Shown here: positions 14,192 to 25,720 of the stretch, one piece after another | Numbering within the stretch: position 1 is the first letter of the stretch | How the letters are laid out: every line of letters begins with the position of its first letter | DNA from: a virus | Lineage: Duplodnaviria > Caudoviricetes | Direction: 5' to 3' (one strand) | Virus record (IMG/VR): IMGVR_UViG_3300025678_000005 | DNA: 64,000 bases | The notes under the pieces: model-generated | Database searches by the model: none | What the model was told of the DNA's origin: nothing | What the model saw: the letters and a program-made list of their open reading frames with translations, nothing else | Program-made: the position numbers and the translations under genes

Positions 14192-16636
14192 TTATAATTG
14201 TATATATGTTTGTGGTTTATGGCTCTGTGTATTTGTATTGATTGTGTCATATAAATCAGTTGTTGGTACATAATCAGGATTTTTTAAATAAAATGTTTGT
14301 TGTTTTTCTATACATATAAAATCACCAAATATTTTACCATTGTCAATTTGATTTGTAACATAACAATAATCTTCACTCGCAATATTATCTAATGTTGGAA
14401 CCTCCGTAACAATAGCTTTGTTTTCAAAATTAACATAATATGCTTGTGTTGGCATGTATCCATTAATACCAGACTTCACACTAAATGGAGAAGAAGATGT
14501 TAATTCAATTTCTATTCAACAATATACAGAATCTCAATTTACATGGCAATCAGAAACACTAAATGCAAATGTTTGGCCAGCTTTTGCCGATACTGTAATC
14601 TGTTCATTAAATTTATTTAAAATACTTAAATATGTTTTACTTATTCTTCAGCTTTTATATACTAATGTATGTAATTCATAATCAGAAGATCCTTGATATA
14701 TTACATTGTAAAAACTTAATACTAATCCAAAATTAACTTTTGTTTTTATACTTTGTACATTATTTATTATATGACTGATTGATACAAAGCTAGTATTAGT
14801 AAATGTAATTGAAATATTGACATTTTTACTTGGATCTACATTAAATTTATAATTTTTTCCATCATTAGTTGTATATGGTATTCTTGAAGTGTCCTGAAAA
14901 ATGCTTATTATTGCGCCTGAAACTTGTGAAAAATCATCAGTAATTATTAATGGTAAGCTTAGTTGCATTGTGGTCTCTGTTTCATTACATTTAGTAGAAG
15001 AATACTGTACAATAAATTTCTCTATATAAGAATCTATAACAGGAACTAAATAAGAATATTCTGTTTCATAGTTGGCGTCTAATACAATTTTACTTATTTT
15101 ATAATTATTGCCAATTTCAAATGTTCCAATAACTAACATTTCGGGTGGTGCATCAGCCCTTGAATTGTCTTTAGACAGTACAAATCCAACGTATGATTCT
15201 CCACCATTTAAATTTAATCCACCATCACCAGGCATTCATTCATCAACCACTTTTAATGATATAATAGTAGAAAGATTTCCATCACAACGCTCCTCTACAG
15301 ATTCTAATCTATATCTAGATGTGGCTTTGCTATATGTAATTTGTTCTACCTGTATTGTTTCATTTAAAATTTCTGGTGATATAATTACTGTTCCGTAATG
15401 CCATGTTTTATATTTTTTATCTTCTATATCATAAAGTATATCATAAACTTCTTCTGAATCTACTTCATATTTATAATTAGGACAGATTAATATATTAAAA
15501 ATTTGTTCATCTGACAGCTCACCAATGTCAGTATATTCATCATCATCAGTATGTATAACACCAGAATTAGAATCAGTAATAAAATTGTAAAATTTTTTAT
15601 TATCATCATCGACATACACAGTATATCCAGAAATTTTTAATGCAGTTGAACTGTCATTTTTTGTATATTGATATTTAATTTTTTTTTCATTTACATCCAA
15701 ATAAGGAAGAGTGACTGGAATAAGCTGTGGAATATCAACAACAAGACTTACTAATAATTTTCCTTTATAATTATAAGGACAGTAATATTTAAATTCTTCA
15801 TTGTTTTCAAGAGCTCAATGTGTATGTTCATCATATGCATTTTCACAATTCTCTCTAACTCATATTTGATATTGATCTCAAATTGAGTCAGTTAAATCAA
15901 CAACTCCAGTTTTTAATAACATAGACACCTCTATTCTATATAATTTATTTAGTTCTAATGTGAGGTTTCCATCACTGTCAAAATTAGCTTTTTGAATTTC
16001 ATCAAAATTATTTCGAATGTCACCAGAATCGCCCGTTTTAAGTAAACTACTAAATGTTATATATTCTCCAGATTTAAAATCGGCACTTCCTATAGTAGTT
16101 TTTTTATTTATTTTATTAATATTTATATTAGCAGTTCCACTAAATTTATTCTCTTCATTTGGAATATTTATAGATGGATAACTTCCTATTTCAATTCTTT
16201 CATATTTTTTCTTTGCATTTTCAAGATCACCAAGATTTTCTCAATAATTCTCATTATCAAGAAGTGTTGTAGTTTCTGTATTTTTTATGCATCTATAAAT
16301 ACATCATTCTCCACTAATATTGCTTGCTACAATATCATCTTCTTTATATAAATTTCCAGATTTAAATTCTTGTAGGTTATGCACAATAGTTCTAGCAGAA
16401 ACAATATATAATACTCCACCATATTCTTTTATTCCAAGTGGATAATAATGATCTTTTAATTTTGCTTTTTCAGATATTATTGTATTTCCAGCATCATTCT
16501 GCAGTACAAGTTCATTCCCATCAAATGTTAAAAAAGTTCCATTTAAACAATCAACTAATACATTGTTAGGGGTAGTTAGAGGATTTAAATCACTAACCAA
16601 TCCTTCATTAAACACATTATTACTTTCTCTGTCCAT
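14192..16636 (-). CDS. Tail-stabilisation/muzzle N-terminal-like protein (~814 aa), code 4
   Basis: N-terminus NVFNEGLVSDLNPLTTPNNVLVDCLNGT...YPLGIKEYGGVLYIVS, later EIGSYPS. Four listed ORFs in frame. Confidence 0.65.
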
Positions 16637-17585
16637 ATAAATTTCTTAATTCTTTTCAGGATATAAATTCTTCATAAAATTTGTTATTTTGAGTATATCC
16701 TATATATTTACAATTTTCTATTTTAATCTCTGGAATTCAATAAAATCACCCATGAAAATCTTTTCTGTCAAATTGAAAAATAAAAAATTTTTTTCCTTTA
16801 TAAAAAAATTCTTCTTTTATTTTTCTTGCAAAAACTTTTTCAAATTTTATATTTTTTATACTTTTTTTGTTTAAATCAGCCCATTCGTGAATAACAGTGG
16901 AGCTAATTCCTATATAATAAACACCATTAAAATAATTTCTTTTTCAGTTTTCTATTATTCTTAGTTTTCTATCTCTTCTTTTATCGTGGTCTTTTAATCG
17001 ATTTACAGGATTAGATGTAAGAAAACCTATATATGCATATAAATCAACTTTTGTAGAAGTTAATGTAATTGCGCAACCATATTTGATTGCTGAATGCATT
17101 CTTCTAAATCCAAACAATAAAATATTTTTTATTTCTTCTCTTGTAAAATCTTTATATTTTTCTCAAACTCTATCTATAAAATCATTTATTGTTATATCTT
17201 TAGTTGTATAATATGCTATACCAGAATTTATTCCATCTAAAAATAATTTTCTTAGAGAACCTCCTAAGTAAATAGGAATGGCTTTTTGGTATGCTTTTGC
17301 TTTATAGTAATAATTAATAAAATATCCAGTAAATTCAGAAGCTATAATATCAATATCTTTAAATCTTCCTCTTTGTCTCTGTTTTTGAAATTTTTCTCCT
17401 GTTACTATTTCAAAATCAATATAAGCATTTTGGTTTGGTATATTAAATCTTACTCTTTTATTAATTACTTCTTCTAATATTAATTTTATGCAATAACTAA
17501 AAGGTTCTATTGAAACTTTTTTTAATTTAGTTGGATTTGTATATAATTCTGAAATTGACAGTCCATGATTTAATAGCACTCGCAT
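16620..17585 (-). CDS. IHF/HU-like conserved crAss late-region protein, code 4
   Basis: Frame is open through TGA to TAA at 16620. Basic and aromatic; lies between the ring and muzzle genes. Confidence 0.5.
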
Positions 17586-17617
17586 TAATTTTTTCTATAA
17601 ATATTTTTTAAATATAG

Positions 17618-18322
17618 TTATTTTATTGGTTTAAATGTTTTTCCAAAACGTTTTCTATCTCAAGATGTACTCACATTTAATAGTTCATCCATCGTATTTT
17701 GATTTATATAGTCAGGAACTCTTGCTTGGGAACACAGTCTCTTTCACTTGGCTTCTGATATTTGTGATAGCTGCATTGTATATTGATCTCTACTTAATCT
17801 TGCTTGTTTATAATCATATGCATAAGCACAATAAGCAGCTATTGCATCTATTTCTTTTTCATTAATATATGGCAAGCCAGTATCGTCTACAAGCACTCCC
17901 TTATAAAGAATTCTTACTTTATCAAATTCATCAGATAAATATAAAGTATTCTCTACTCTAAAATAATCTACATACTTTCCAGATATATATCCAAAAGGCG
18001 TATTATATTTTGCGTTTTCTACGTAAGATTCTATTCAACTATTTGGATTTGCAGTAGATATATTCATTGGACTGGTTCTTTGAAAATCCTCATAATTTGT
18101 AACAACGGCTTCTATAATATCACAATTGCATGGAAGCTCCACAATGATTTCTCCTTTTTCTGTTTTTGTAGGTCTTACTTCATAAACATATCACCTGTAA
18201 TTTTTATTTCCTATTTTGTCTCAAGCTATAATTCCAAGAGTTTCAAACTCATCTGGATCTAGCTCAAGACCATATAATTCTCTAGCTTGAGAATATGCTG
18301 CATTAAATGGATAATTTTTCAT
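17618..18322 (-). CDS. Tail ring/tubular protein (absent from the ORF track)
   Basis: MKNYPFNAAYSQARELYG...IIA[W]DKIGN...ILYKGVLVDDTGLPYINEKE..AIAAYCAY...S[W]DRKRFGKTFKPIK; 234 aa under code 4. Confidence 0.7.
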
Positions 18323-18987
18323 TATCGATATATTTGATTATTTGGTATTGGTGGTACTAAAAAAGACCTATAATATCTAATTTTCTTTTCAGTTACTCTT
18401 TTTTTAATTTCTGCTGATAAGAAAGTATAATTTTCTAAATCATCACCAGCACAACATGAAAAAGATTCTAATTGTCTTGGATCTTTAAATATTGCTATTA
18501 CAGAAACTACTTCTAATAAAGGTGCATTAAAGATTCAAGCATCATAAAAATTGTTTTCATTTGGTGTAGGCTCTATATAAACATAAGGTTTATTTGCACC
18601 TCTTCTTTTATATTTATGATATTGAAAAGATGTATTTGTATAAACCTTAAAAGCCACTGCTCTATCAACGCTCCCAATAAATTCAACAGAATCCTGTGCC
18701 AAATCATTTACAATTTGAGGAATCTCAAAATGTAATTGTGGAGGAGTGTATGTAATACTATTTGGACATTTATCTAATGATTTGCAATCTGTATGTATAC
18801 AGTTAATTGACATCAATAAATCATTTCTGGGAATTAAATTTCTCAAAGAATATTCTTTAATTATTTGCAGTCTTTCATCAATTACATCATCTTCTAATTG
18901 ATCTAGTGAAATGGTAGGACTACTAGTTATTCCAGCCAATCCAGACACAATATCATTATAAATAGCAGAGGTTATTTTTTTTAACAT
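18322..18987 (-). CDS. Tail ring protein, code 4
   Basis: MLKKITSAIYNDIVSGL...QLEDDVIDERLQIIKEY...YDA[W]IFNAP...IFKDPRQLE...PNNQIYR. Confidence 0.7.
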
Positions 18988-18999
18988 ATTTTTTAAAAT

Positions 19000-19027
19000 A
19001 AAAAAGAAGGCAGGCTTCCCTGCCTTC
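19000..19027 (-). terminator. Terminator after the capsid operon
   Basis: 9-bp stem GAAGGCAGG/CCTGCCTTC followed by T6 on the minus strand, 9 nt after the auxiliary capsid stop. Confidence 0.8.
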
Positions 19028-19035
19028 ATTTATAA

Positions 19036-20085
19036 TTAAGCTGTAACTGTAATAGTTATAGTTCCAGTATTGCCAACAGCATCTGTAGCCGTAATAACTG
19101 AAGATCCAGCAGCAACACCAGTTGCAAGTCCAGTAGAACTAACTGTTACTTTTGCTGGAGCTGCGCTTACAAAAGTAACTGGCCCAACCGCACCAGTTAC
19201 TGTAATCTGAACTGATTCTTCGACAGCAATAGTTGTCTTTGGTGCAGACAATTCAAGAGTTTCAGAAACATTTCCTCCAGTTACAGAATCAATAACACCT
19301 TCAAAATCAGATACTAAATCACTTTTTACATAGAATACATGATTGGTAATCGAATAGTGTCCTGCAACAATTCCATCATCTTGTTTGTCTACTTTATATC
19401 TTAATGTAAATTGTGTATAATTACCACCTAAAATAGGGCGTTCATCTTTATTTACACCAAAAGGCCTATTATTATCCAATGTAGGCAACATAATAGAGCG
19501 AATCATGTAATTGTCATCACCAAAACCAATTTTACCTGGCACAGTAACAGTCCCAGTAGCAGAATCAGTATATTCTGGATGTGTAATTGGATTATAAGAT
19601 GTTCCTTCAATAGAAAGTTTAATACTATCAAACCTTTGATAGTAATCTTTTGCCTGTAGTGTAATAACAGCACCAGTATTACTTGCGCTGATAAAATCTT
19701 CACCATAACGGCTCTTCAGCGCATTTATCTTATTAACTATTGTGGCAGCATCATTAGTTGCGTTGCCTGTTCCTACAATACTTATAAGTAACGGCTTTTT
19801 AAATGCTAGAAAAGAACTTGCATATTCTGCACGTACATCTCTAGACAGTTTTACTGCTATACTCAATATTGCCGTAGTGCCAGTTGGAATGGCTGGAATA
19901 GTTATTGTAGCTTCTTCAAGAACACCTGCAGAGTATGGTCTTTTATATACACCAACGATATTATCTTTTTTAAAAGTACCTACTCTTGAAACAACAAGAG
20001 CATCTCCAATTTTTTGAAATTTTGGAGTAGTACCATTTGAATCTAAATTTGAATTTATTACAGTTGTAGTTGTAAATTGATACAT
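19036..20085 (-). CDS. Auxiliary capsid protein with C-terminal Ig-like (Big_2-type) domain
   Basis: Contains GGNYTQFTLRY...ITNHVFYV and the Ig motif VTVSSTGLATGVAAGSSVITAT. No Trp codons, so it is intact in either code. Confidence 0.75.
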   Translation of the reverse strand: MYQFTTTTVINSNLDSNGTTPKFQKIGDALVVSRVGTFKKDNIVGVYKRPYSAGVLEEATITIPAIPTGTTAILSIAVKLSRDVRAEYASSFLAFKKPLLISIVGTGNATNDAATIVNKINALKSRYGEDFISASNTGAVITLQAKDYYQRFDSIKLSIEGTSYNPITHPEYTDSATGTVTVPGKIGFGDDNYMIRSIMLPTLDNNRPFGVNKDERPILGGNYTQFTLRYKVDKQDDGIVAGHYSITNHVFYVKSDLVSDFEGVIDSVTGGNVSETLELSAPKTTIAVEESVQITVTGAVGPVTFVSAAPAKVTVSSTGLATGVAAGSSVITATDAVGNTGTITITVTA

Positions 20086-20119
20086 TTTAATTTTTATTTA
20101 AAAATTTAAACAAAATAAT

Positions 20120-21274
20120 CTAATTTTTCTGTTGATTTGGAGACGCTGCTCCAGCTGGATTAGCAATACTTTGATGTGTTGGAATATTTGTTTGTAATCT
20201 TGGATCACTAGCATTTTCCATTAATAACATTACTAATTCATTTAATATTTCATAACAGACATAATCTGGAAATTCTAATTTTTGAGAAGAATCTTCTACA
20301 TTATCCACATCTTGTTGAGAAAGAATGACATATTGTGGAGTCTTAATATAATCAATATAAATTTTATTAATTTTAAAAGTTTTATCATCGAGTCCATATC
20401 TTATTTCCATTCTTACTTTTGATCTATTACCATATCTTTTCTGTGCTTCTTTATTGACTAAATCTATAATTGCACCTAGCTGTGTTATCTCTAATAATGC
20501 ACCTTGCTTTCATACTTTATAAACATCAGAGATGTACAGTTCTTCGTTTTGTCCAACCTGTTTTACATTTGCTGAAATGCCTAATTCAGTTAAAAGTGTC
20601 TTTAATTCTGAAAGAGTAGAGAATTGTTTTGCGTTTGGAAAAAGAACTCTCAGTTCTTCATCATCAAGAGGATCTAAATTATGTACAAATTCAAGAATAT
20701 TAACAGGATTAATATCTTTTTGTATAAAAAGTTTTGTTCCATTTCCAGGCGTTATTACTTCAACTTTAAATCTAGACAAGCTTTCTTGTGAATCTTCAGT
20801 TGGAAAAACTGGATTGACCGTAACATTATTAATATAAAAATATGGATTTTTATATGAGGGTCTCATATAAAAATTATTAATTATTTGAGAATGTATATCA
20901 GCAGTCAATCTTTTAGCTCCGAAAAGCACTGTTTCTCCATTTTTATAACATTTATATCTTGATTGAACTTTATATTCTACGATACAACTTGAAATATGAA
21001 AATAATCATCTGGAAGATCTACTTCATAAACTTTAGAATATAAATAAGCATCAACAAAATCATTATTTAATTGCGGAATTAACACAGCAGAGGATTTTAA
21101 AACCCTTATATCGTCTGTCCTCTGCTGGTTTAATTCATAAGTATTATAAATCTTATTAATATACTGATTTATTGCTTTATTTATGAAGTAATTATAATCT
21201 TCCAATAATAAACTTGGTGCATTTACTTTATTCAATTCCATTAGAGCGAACTCAAATAGTTGTTTTACAGTCAT
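20120..21274 (-). CDS. Ring/head-tail connector protein, code 4
   Basis: Joins 20510-21274 and 20120-20410 through TGA. ELNKVNAPSLLLEDYNYFINKA, LPDDYFH, EFPDYVCYEI...ENASDPR. Confidence 0.7.
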
Positions 21275-21286
21275 TGATTAAATAAA

Positions 21287-22102
21287 TTAATTTTCATTTT
21301 CTTTTACCACAGGATTAAATTCTGGATAAGTTTCTTTCTTTATCGAATCTACCAATTTTTTATATTTCGGATCTTTTAATAGTAAAACTGTTGCATCCTG
21401 TGTTGCACCAAGAAACTTTTCTTCATATTTATAAACACCATCTACTTTACGTATAACACCTCTATCTATGGCGTCAATCAAAAACAGTTGCAGTTTCCAA
21501 TCTTCTCCAGTATATAGTTCTATGATTTTTCTTGGTTGTTTTTCAGCATAATCTATTAAATAATCTAACACATCTGCAGGAACTGCATTATTAAGTGTTC
21601 TTCCTAGCACTTTACATTTCTTCAATCGGTCAGACTCTGAATCATTATATATAAATTTACATGCTTCAAATACCAATTGTTTTCTATCCATCTTAATTTT
21701 AGTTAATTCTCCTGGCCTTTCAACATATAAATCGGCCGCACCATATCTCTTTACATCCCCATCTATAATAAGATTGCCAGTTTCATCTTTTTCAAATCTA
21801 TCCCTTGCAATTCATTTGCAATATTCTATAGCTTCTCAATTAGCTCGATCAACTACATCATCAAGATTAAAAACAGTTCCATCTACAATCTCAAACACAA
21901 AATCGACAGGCACATAATGTACAAGTCCAGAATTCATATCAGCAACTTCTTTTTCAGAAAGAATCATATCTCCATTTGAATCAACCATCTTTACACAGGA
22001 CGGATATTTTCCAGTCCTAGGATTTTTACAAGGCTGTATGAAATATTTTTGATTTACTTTTCCATACACGCTTCGTATAATAATTACATTATCCATATTC
22101 AT
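21287..22102 (-). CDS. Conserved protein after the MCP (portal-vertex/capsid-associated), code 4
   Basis: Two listed ORFs join through RAN[W]EAIEYCK[W]IA; lies directly downstream of the MCP. Confidence 0.6.
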
Positions 22103-22147
22103 TTTTTATTATTGAGTAGTTAATTATCTAATTATTGTATTATATAT

Positions 22148-23575
22148 CTAGTTTTCTTCCAGTATAAAGGATTTATACGGTGCAAACACTGCAATACCAG
22201 AATAACCTGCCACAATCAAAGAAGATCCAGCAACAGGAGAGCTAACTACTCCAGATGTAATTCCATCAATACCACCAATTCCAGGGTATTTTGAAGTAAT
22301 AAATTCAGCTCCTTTAAGGGTAAATGCTGCAATTGCGGGCTGTCCAGTTTCCATATCGGGAGACATGTCTAAACAGATTCCATATCCCTTATTAGGATAT
22401 TCTTTTGAAAGAGCTCTGTCTACCATAAACGTAAGAGTGTTTCCAGCAACTTCATAAGAAACAAATGTTCCACCTACCTTGATAGGATTTTCTATCTTAA
22501 CCATGCTTTGAGTTGCTTTTGAATACAGTAAAGTTGGAGTAGAACCCCAATTGCTTAACCATGCTCCCAAAGCAAAATTAACTTGTCCCCAAAGCCTATC
22601 ATTTACAACAAAGGTATAATTATTTCCAGTAGAATTTGCTGCTCTTTGATTCATACTGTCTAATACAGTATTCATGACCATCGTATTCATTTTTACATAA
22701 TTAAACTTTGATGCAAATCTTTCTATTTGAGGAATCAATCCATCTCCTGCAATTAATGGACGTCCATCTTCAGTAAGAACAGTGGACTTTCCATTTTTAT
22801 CCATAGTAGATTTTCCCTCAAGAAGGTGATTGTTTTTAACAATTTGGAAATTAGTTAAAAGATCTTTTTCCATGCTGTTCAGCTTAAAGATCTTTTCTTT
22901 TAATTCACCATTTTCACTTCCTTCTGCAATTTTGATAAATCTATCTTCCATCTGTGCGTATCTAGACGAAAATGAAATATCATTTCTATGTTCAGTTATC
23001 CACTGACGATGTTTTTCCACATTGCTTTGATACTTGGAATAGCCCTTTTCGTGATATTCGGGCATAATATTGCTTAAGAATCTGGTAGTTTTTCCTTTTT
23101 TACATGCATCTGTATTTAATACAGCTGTATAATCAGGATCAATTAATTGTACTACATATTCTCAAAAATCATCTGCTTTTCTTACAGGCTCTGCCTTTAC
23201 AATGCACTGTTGTCTGGATTCATCAATTTTAAAGGTATCATATTTTTCATAATACCTGCGATTGAAATATACCACAAAATCGCTACCTGGGCCAGACCAA
23301 GCAACATCAGCAGCAAATTCAATTCTTTCAATAAAATCAATATCTATTTCTCATTCAATGGCCATTGAATTGATCGGCTGAAATTTATTTACAGTTTTGT
23401 TGTTGTAATAAATATTCAAAAGGGCCTCAGTCAGAAAAGTTGTAGTGTTATGAGGAGACATTCTCGCCATAACTCCCATCATTTGTGGACGCAACCCTAA
23501 AAATTTGTAAAAGTCCTCATAAGTCCTACTATGGGCCAATTCGGGTTTTACGTTTACATAACTTGCTATTACCAT
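22148..23575 (-). CDS. Major capsid protein (475 aa, code 4)
   Basis: RTYEDFYKFLG, MPEYHEKGYSKYQSNVEKHR, GDGLIPQIERFASK, SSPVAGS. In-frame TGA at 23351-23353 and 23162-23164. Confidence 0.9.
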
Positions 23576-23577
23576 TT

Positions 23578-24501
23578 TTAAATTAAATCGTTAATATTAA
23601 TAGTTTTTTTGTCATCATTATTCTCTTTAATGATAACTTTTTTATTTTTATCTTCTGCTTTTAGTTTATTTATCTCTTCTTCATATGCATTTCTTAAAAG
23701 ATCAAATGATTCTTTTCCATAGCGTAAAAACCATGCAGCCTCATATAATTTTTTAGGATCATTTAAAGCTTTTGTAAAATCACTTTCTCCAGTTGCGTCT
23801 GTATCTAATAAAAATGATAGTACTTCATCTTTTTCTTCATTATCTAATTCAATGCCATAAAAATCTGGAGTATCTAATGCTACATTAATCATTTGTTGTT
23901 CAAACTCTTCATATTTACTTGCATTATATTGTTTTTCTGCTTCCCTATACTCGTTACGTAATTTATCTACTTTTCTTTTAAACATATCTTCATTTTGCAT
24001 TTCTTTTTCTAATTCTTGAACCAATTCATCATCCGTCAGATCAAATTTAGTTTTTAAATCTAACATGAACAATTCTTCATCTGTATAATCATCTATTTGA
24101 TAAGAATCAGTAGAATTATCTTGTATCTCATTTATTATTGATTGTTTATATTGATCTAAAAACTGATTTATTGAAGTGTTATTTCTTTTTAAAGTATTTA
24201 AAAATTCTTGTTCTTCTGTAGTTAAAGTACTAGTTTTTGGAGCATCTGCAGATAATATTTCTATTTGTTCTTCTGGAGATAACTCATAAAAATCTAAAAC
24301 TTTTGTTGTATCATCTTCAACAATAGTTACTTTATTATCTTTAAATCCTTTAGCTTCTAATAGTTTATCAATTAAAGAATTATTTGTTTGTCCCTCTGAA
24401 AAAAAATCTTCAGTTTTAGGTTCTTCTTGTACGTCTTCATCGGATGTAAAATCATCCAGTCCTATACCATCAGTTATTAAATCATCTAGCGTTGTTTCCA
24501 T
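23578..24501 (-). CDS. Acidic scaffold-like protein upstream of the MCP
   Basis: Very D/E-rich, LNDPKKLYEAAWFLRYG, conserved position before the MCP. Confidence 0.65.
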   Translation of the reverse strand: METTLDDLITDGIGLDDFTSDEDVQEEPKTEDFFSEGQTNNSLIDKLLEAKGFKDNKVTIVEDDTTKVLDFYELSPEEQIEILSADAPKTSTLTTEEQEFLNTLKRNNTSINQFLDQYKQSIINEIQDNSTDSYQIDDYTDEELFMLDLKTKFDLTDDELVQELEKEMQNEDMFKRKVDKLRNEYREAEKQYNASKYEEFEQQMINVALDTPDFYGIELDNEEKDEVLSFLLDTDATGESDFTKALNDPKKLYEAAWFLRYGKESFDLLRNAYEEEINKLKAEDKNKKVIIKENNDDKKTININDLI

Positions 24502-24962
24502 TATTCAATTATCATATTACACATTAATAACAATTCTAAATCTTTTGATGTTAAATTATCTGGACAGGCATCTAATTTTATTTGCCTTAAATTAATATCT
24601 TCGTCAAAATCTTCTTTTAGAATTTCATTAAATTCTTCCATTAATTCTCCATATTTAGTTATATCTTGTTGATATTTTTCAATCAATCCTTGCAGTTTTT
24701 CTGAGTATTCCTGCATATTATCATCTGTTACATGAATTGTTCCATCTTGTTCTGGTTTACCAAGTTGCATAATTAGGTTATTTCTTTCTTTCTCAAATTC
24801 TGCAACAGTCTCCCTGTTGTTTTCTTCTAAAGTAGTTAAACTATTATAATGTGGTTTAAGCATTTCTATATTTTTTAATATTGCATACTTAAACTTGACA
24901 TTTCCATAATCTTTTAATTGTAATAGTGTTTTGTAAAGATCATAAACATTACCCTTTGTCAT
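24501..24962 (-). CDS. Hypothetical helical protein (DUF1617-like)
   Basis: Intact ORF, KFKYAILKN...FEKERNNLI. Confidence 0.55.
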   Translation of the reverse strand: MTKGNVYDLYKTLLQLKDYGNVKFKYAILKNIEMLKPHYNSLTTLEENNRETVAEFEKERNNLIMQLGKPEQDGTIHVTDDNMQEYSEKLQGLIEKYQQDITKYGELMEEFNEILKEDFDEDINLRQIKLDACPDNLTSKDLELLLMCNMIIE

Positions 24963-25008
24963 AAATTAATTAATTTTTAATTAACAAAAAATTATCTATA
25001 ATAAAATA

Positions 25009-25016
25009 CAAATTTA
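25009..25016 (-). promoter_or_regulatory. Bacteroidota-type -7 promoter element for the capsid operon
   Basis: TAAATTTG (TAnnTTTG) in an extremely AT-rich intergenic gap. Confidence 0.5.
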
Positions 25017-25128
25017 TTAATATTATTAATAAAAAATAATATATTATATAGAAAATATTTAAATTATATCATATTATAATACTTTATTAATAATAATAAT
25101 ATCTTTTGATATTAATTGATAAAATTCA

Positions 25129-25716
25129 TTATAAATTATTATCTATTTTATCAATAGCAATTATTAATGTATCAACTAATTTAGAATTGGTTGCTGGATC
25201 CATTAATAATTTTACATCTTCCTTATTATCTTGAAATAATCATTCTATTAAAATAGCTGGACATGTTGTTTTTTGTAAAATAGTAAAATTTTCTTCCATG
25301 TCTAAATCTCCATCGCTTAAGTCAAATCTTCCTTTTATTTCTGAAAACGCCCTTTTTAATTCTTCTAAAAATATTTGTGCATACTCATCTGATTTTGTTT
25401 GTCCCTTTGTAGTATAAATAGAATAGCCCCTGGCATTAGATCATTGTCCATTGCTTGCGGCATTTGAATGTAATGAAATAACTAGTTTATTTTTTCTTTG
25501 TATTTTATTTGCATTATCTGCTCGTTTTGTTAATCCTATTTCTCTATCAGAAGCGTTTGTTTCAAATACTTCATATCCTTTTTGTTTTAATTTATATTTA
25601 AGCTCTTTTAATACTTCTCTAGATCATTTATATTCTCTAAATAATCCATCTGGACTTCTTTTTCCAGCAACTTCTTCTCCATGTGCTGGATCTAATATTA
25701 TTACTAATTTTTTCAT
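25129..25716 (-). CDS. Endolysin, N-acetylmuramoyl-L-alanine amidase (Amidase_3); absent from the ORF track
   Basis: IILDPAHG..GKRSPDG..REYK[W], R...AN, ISLHSNA, ENFTIL..T.CPAILIE[W]LFQDN. All 3 Trp codons are TGA; 195 aa. Confidence 0.9.
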
Positions 25717-25720
25717 ATTA

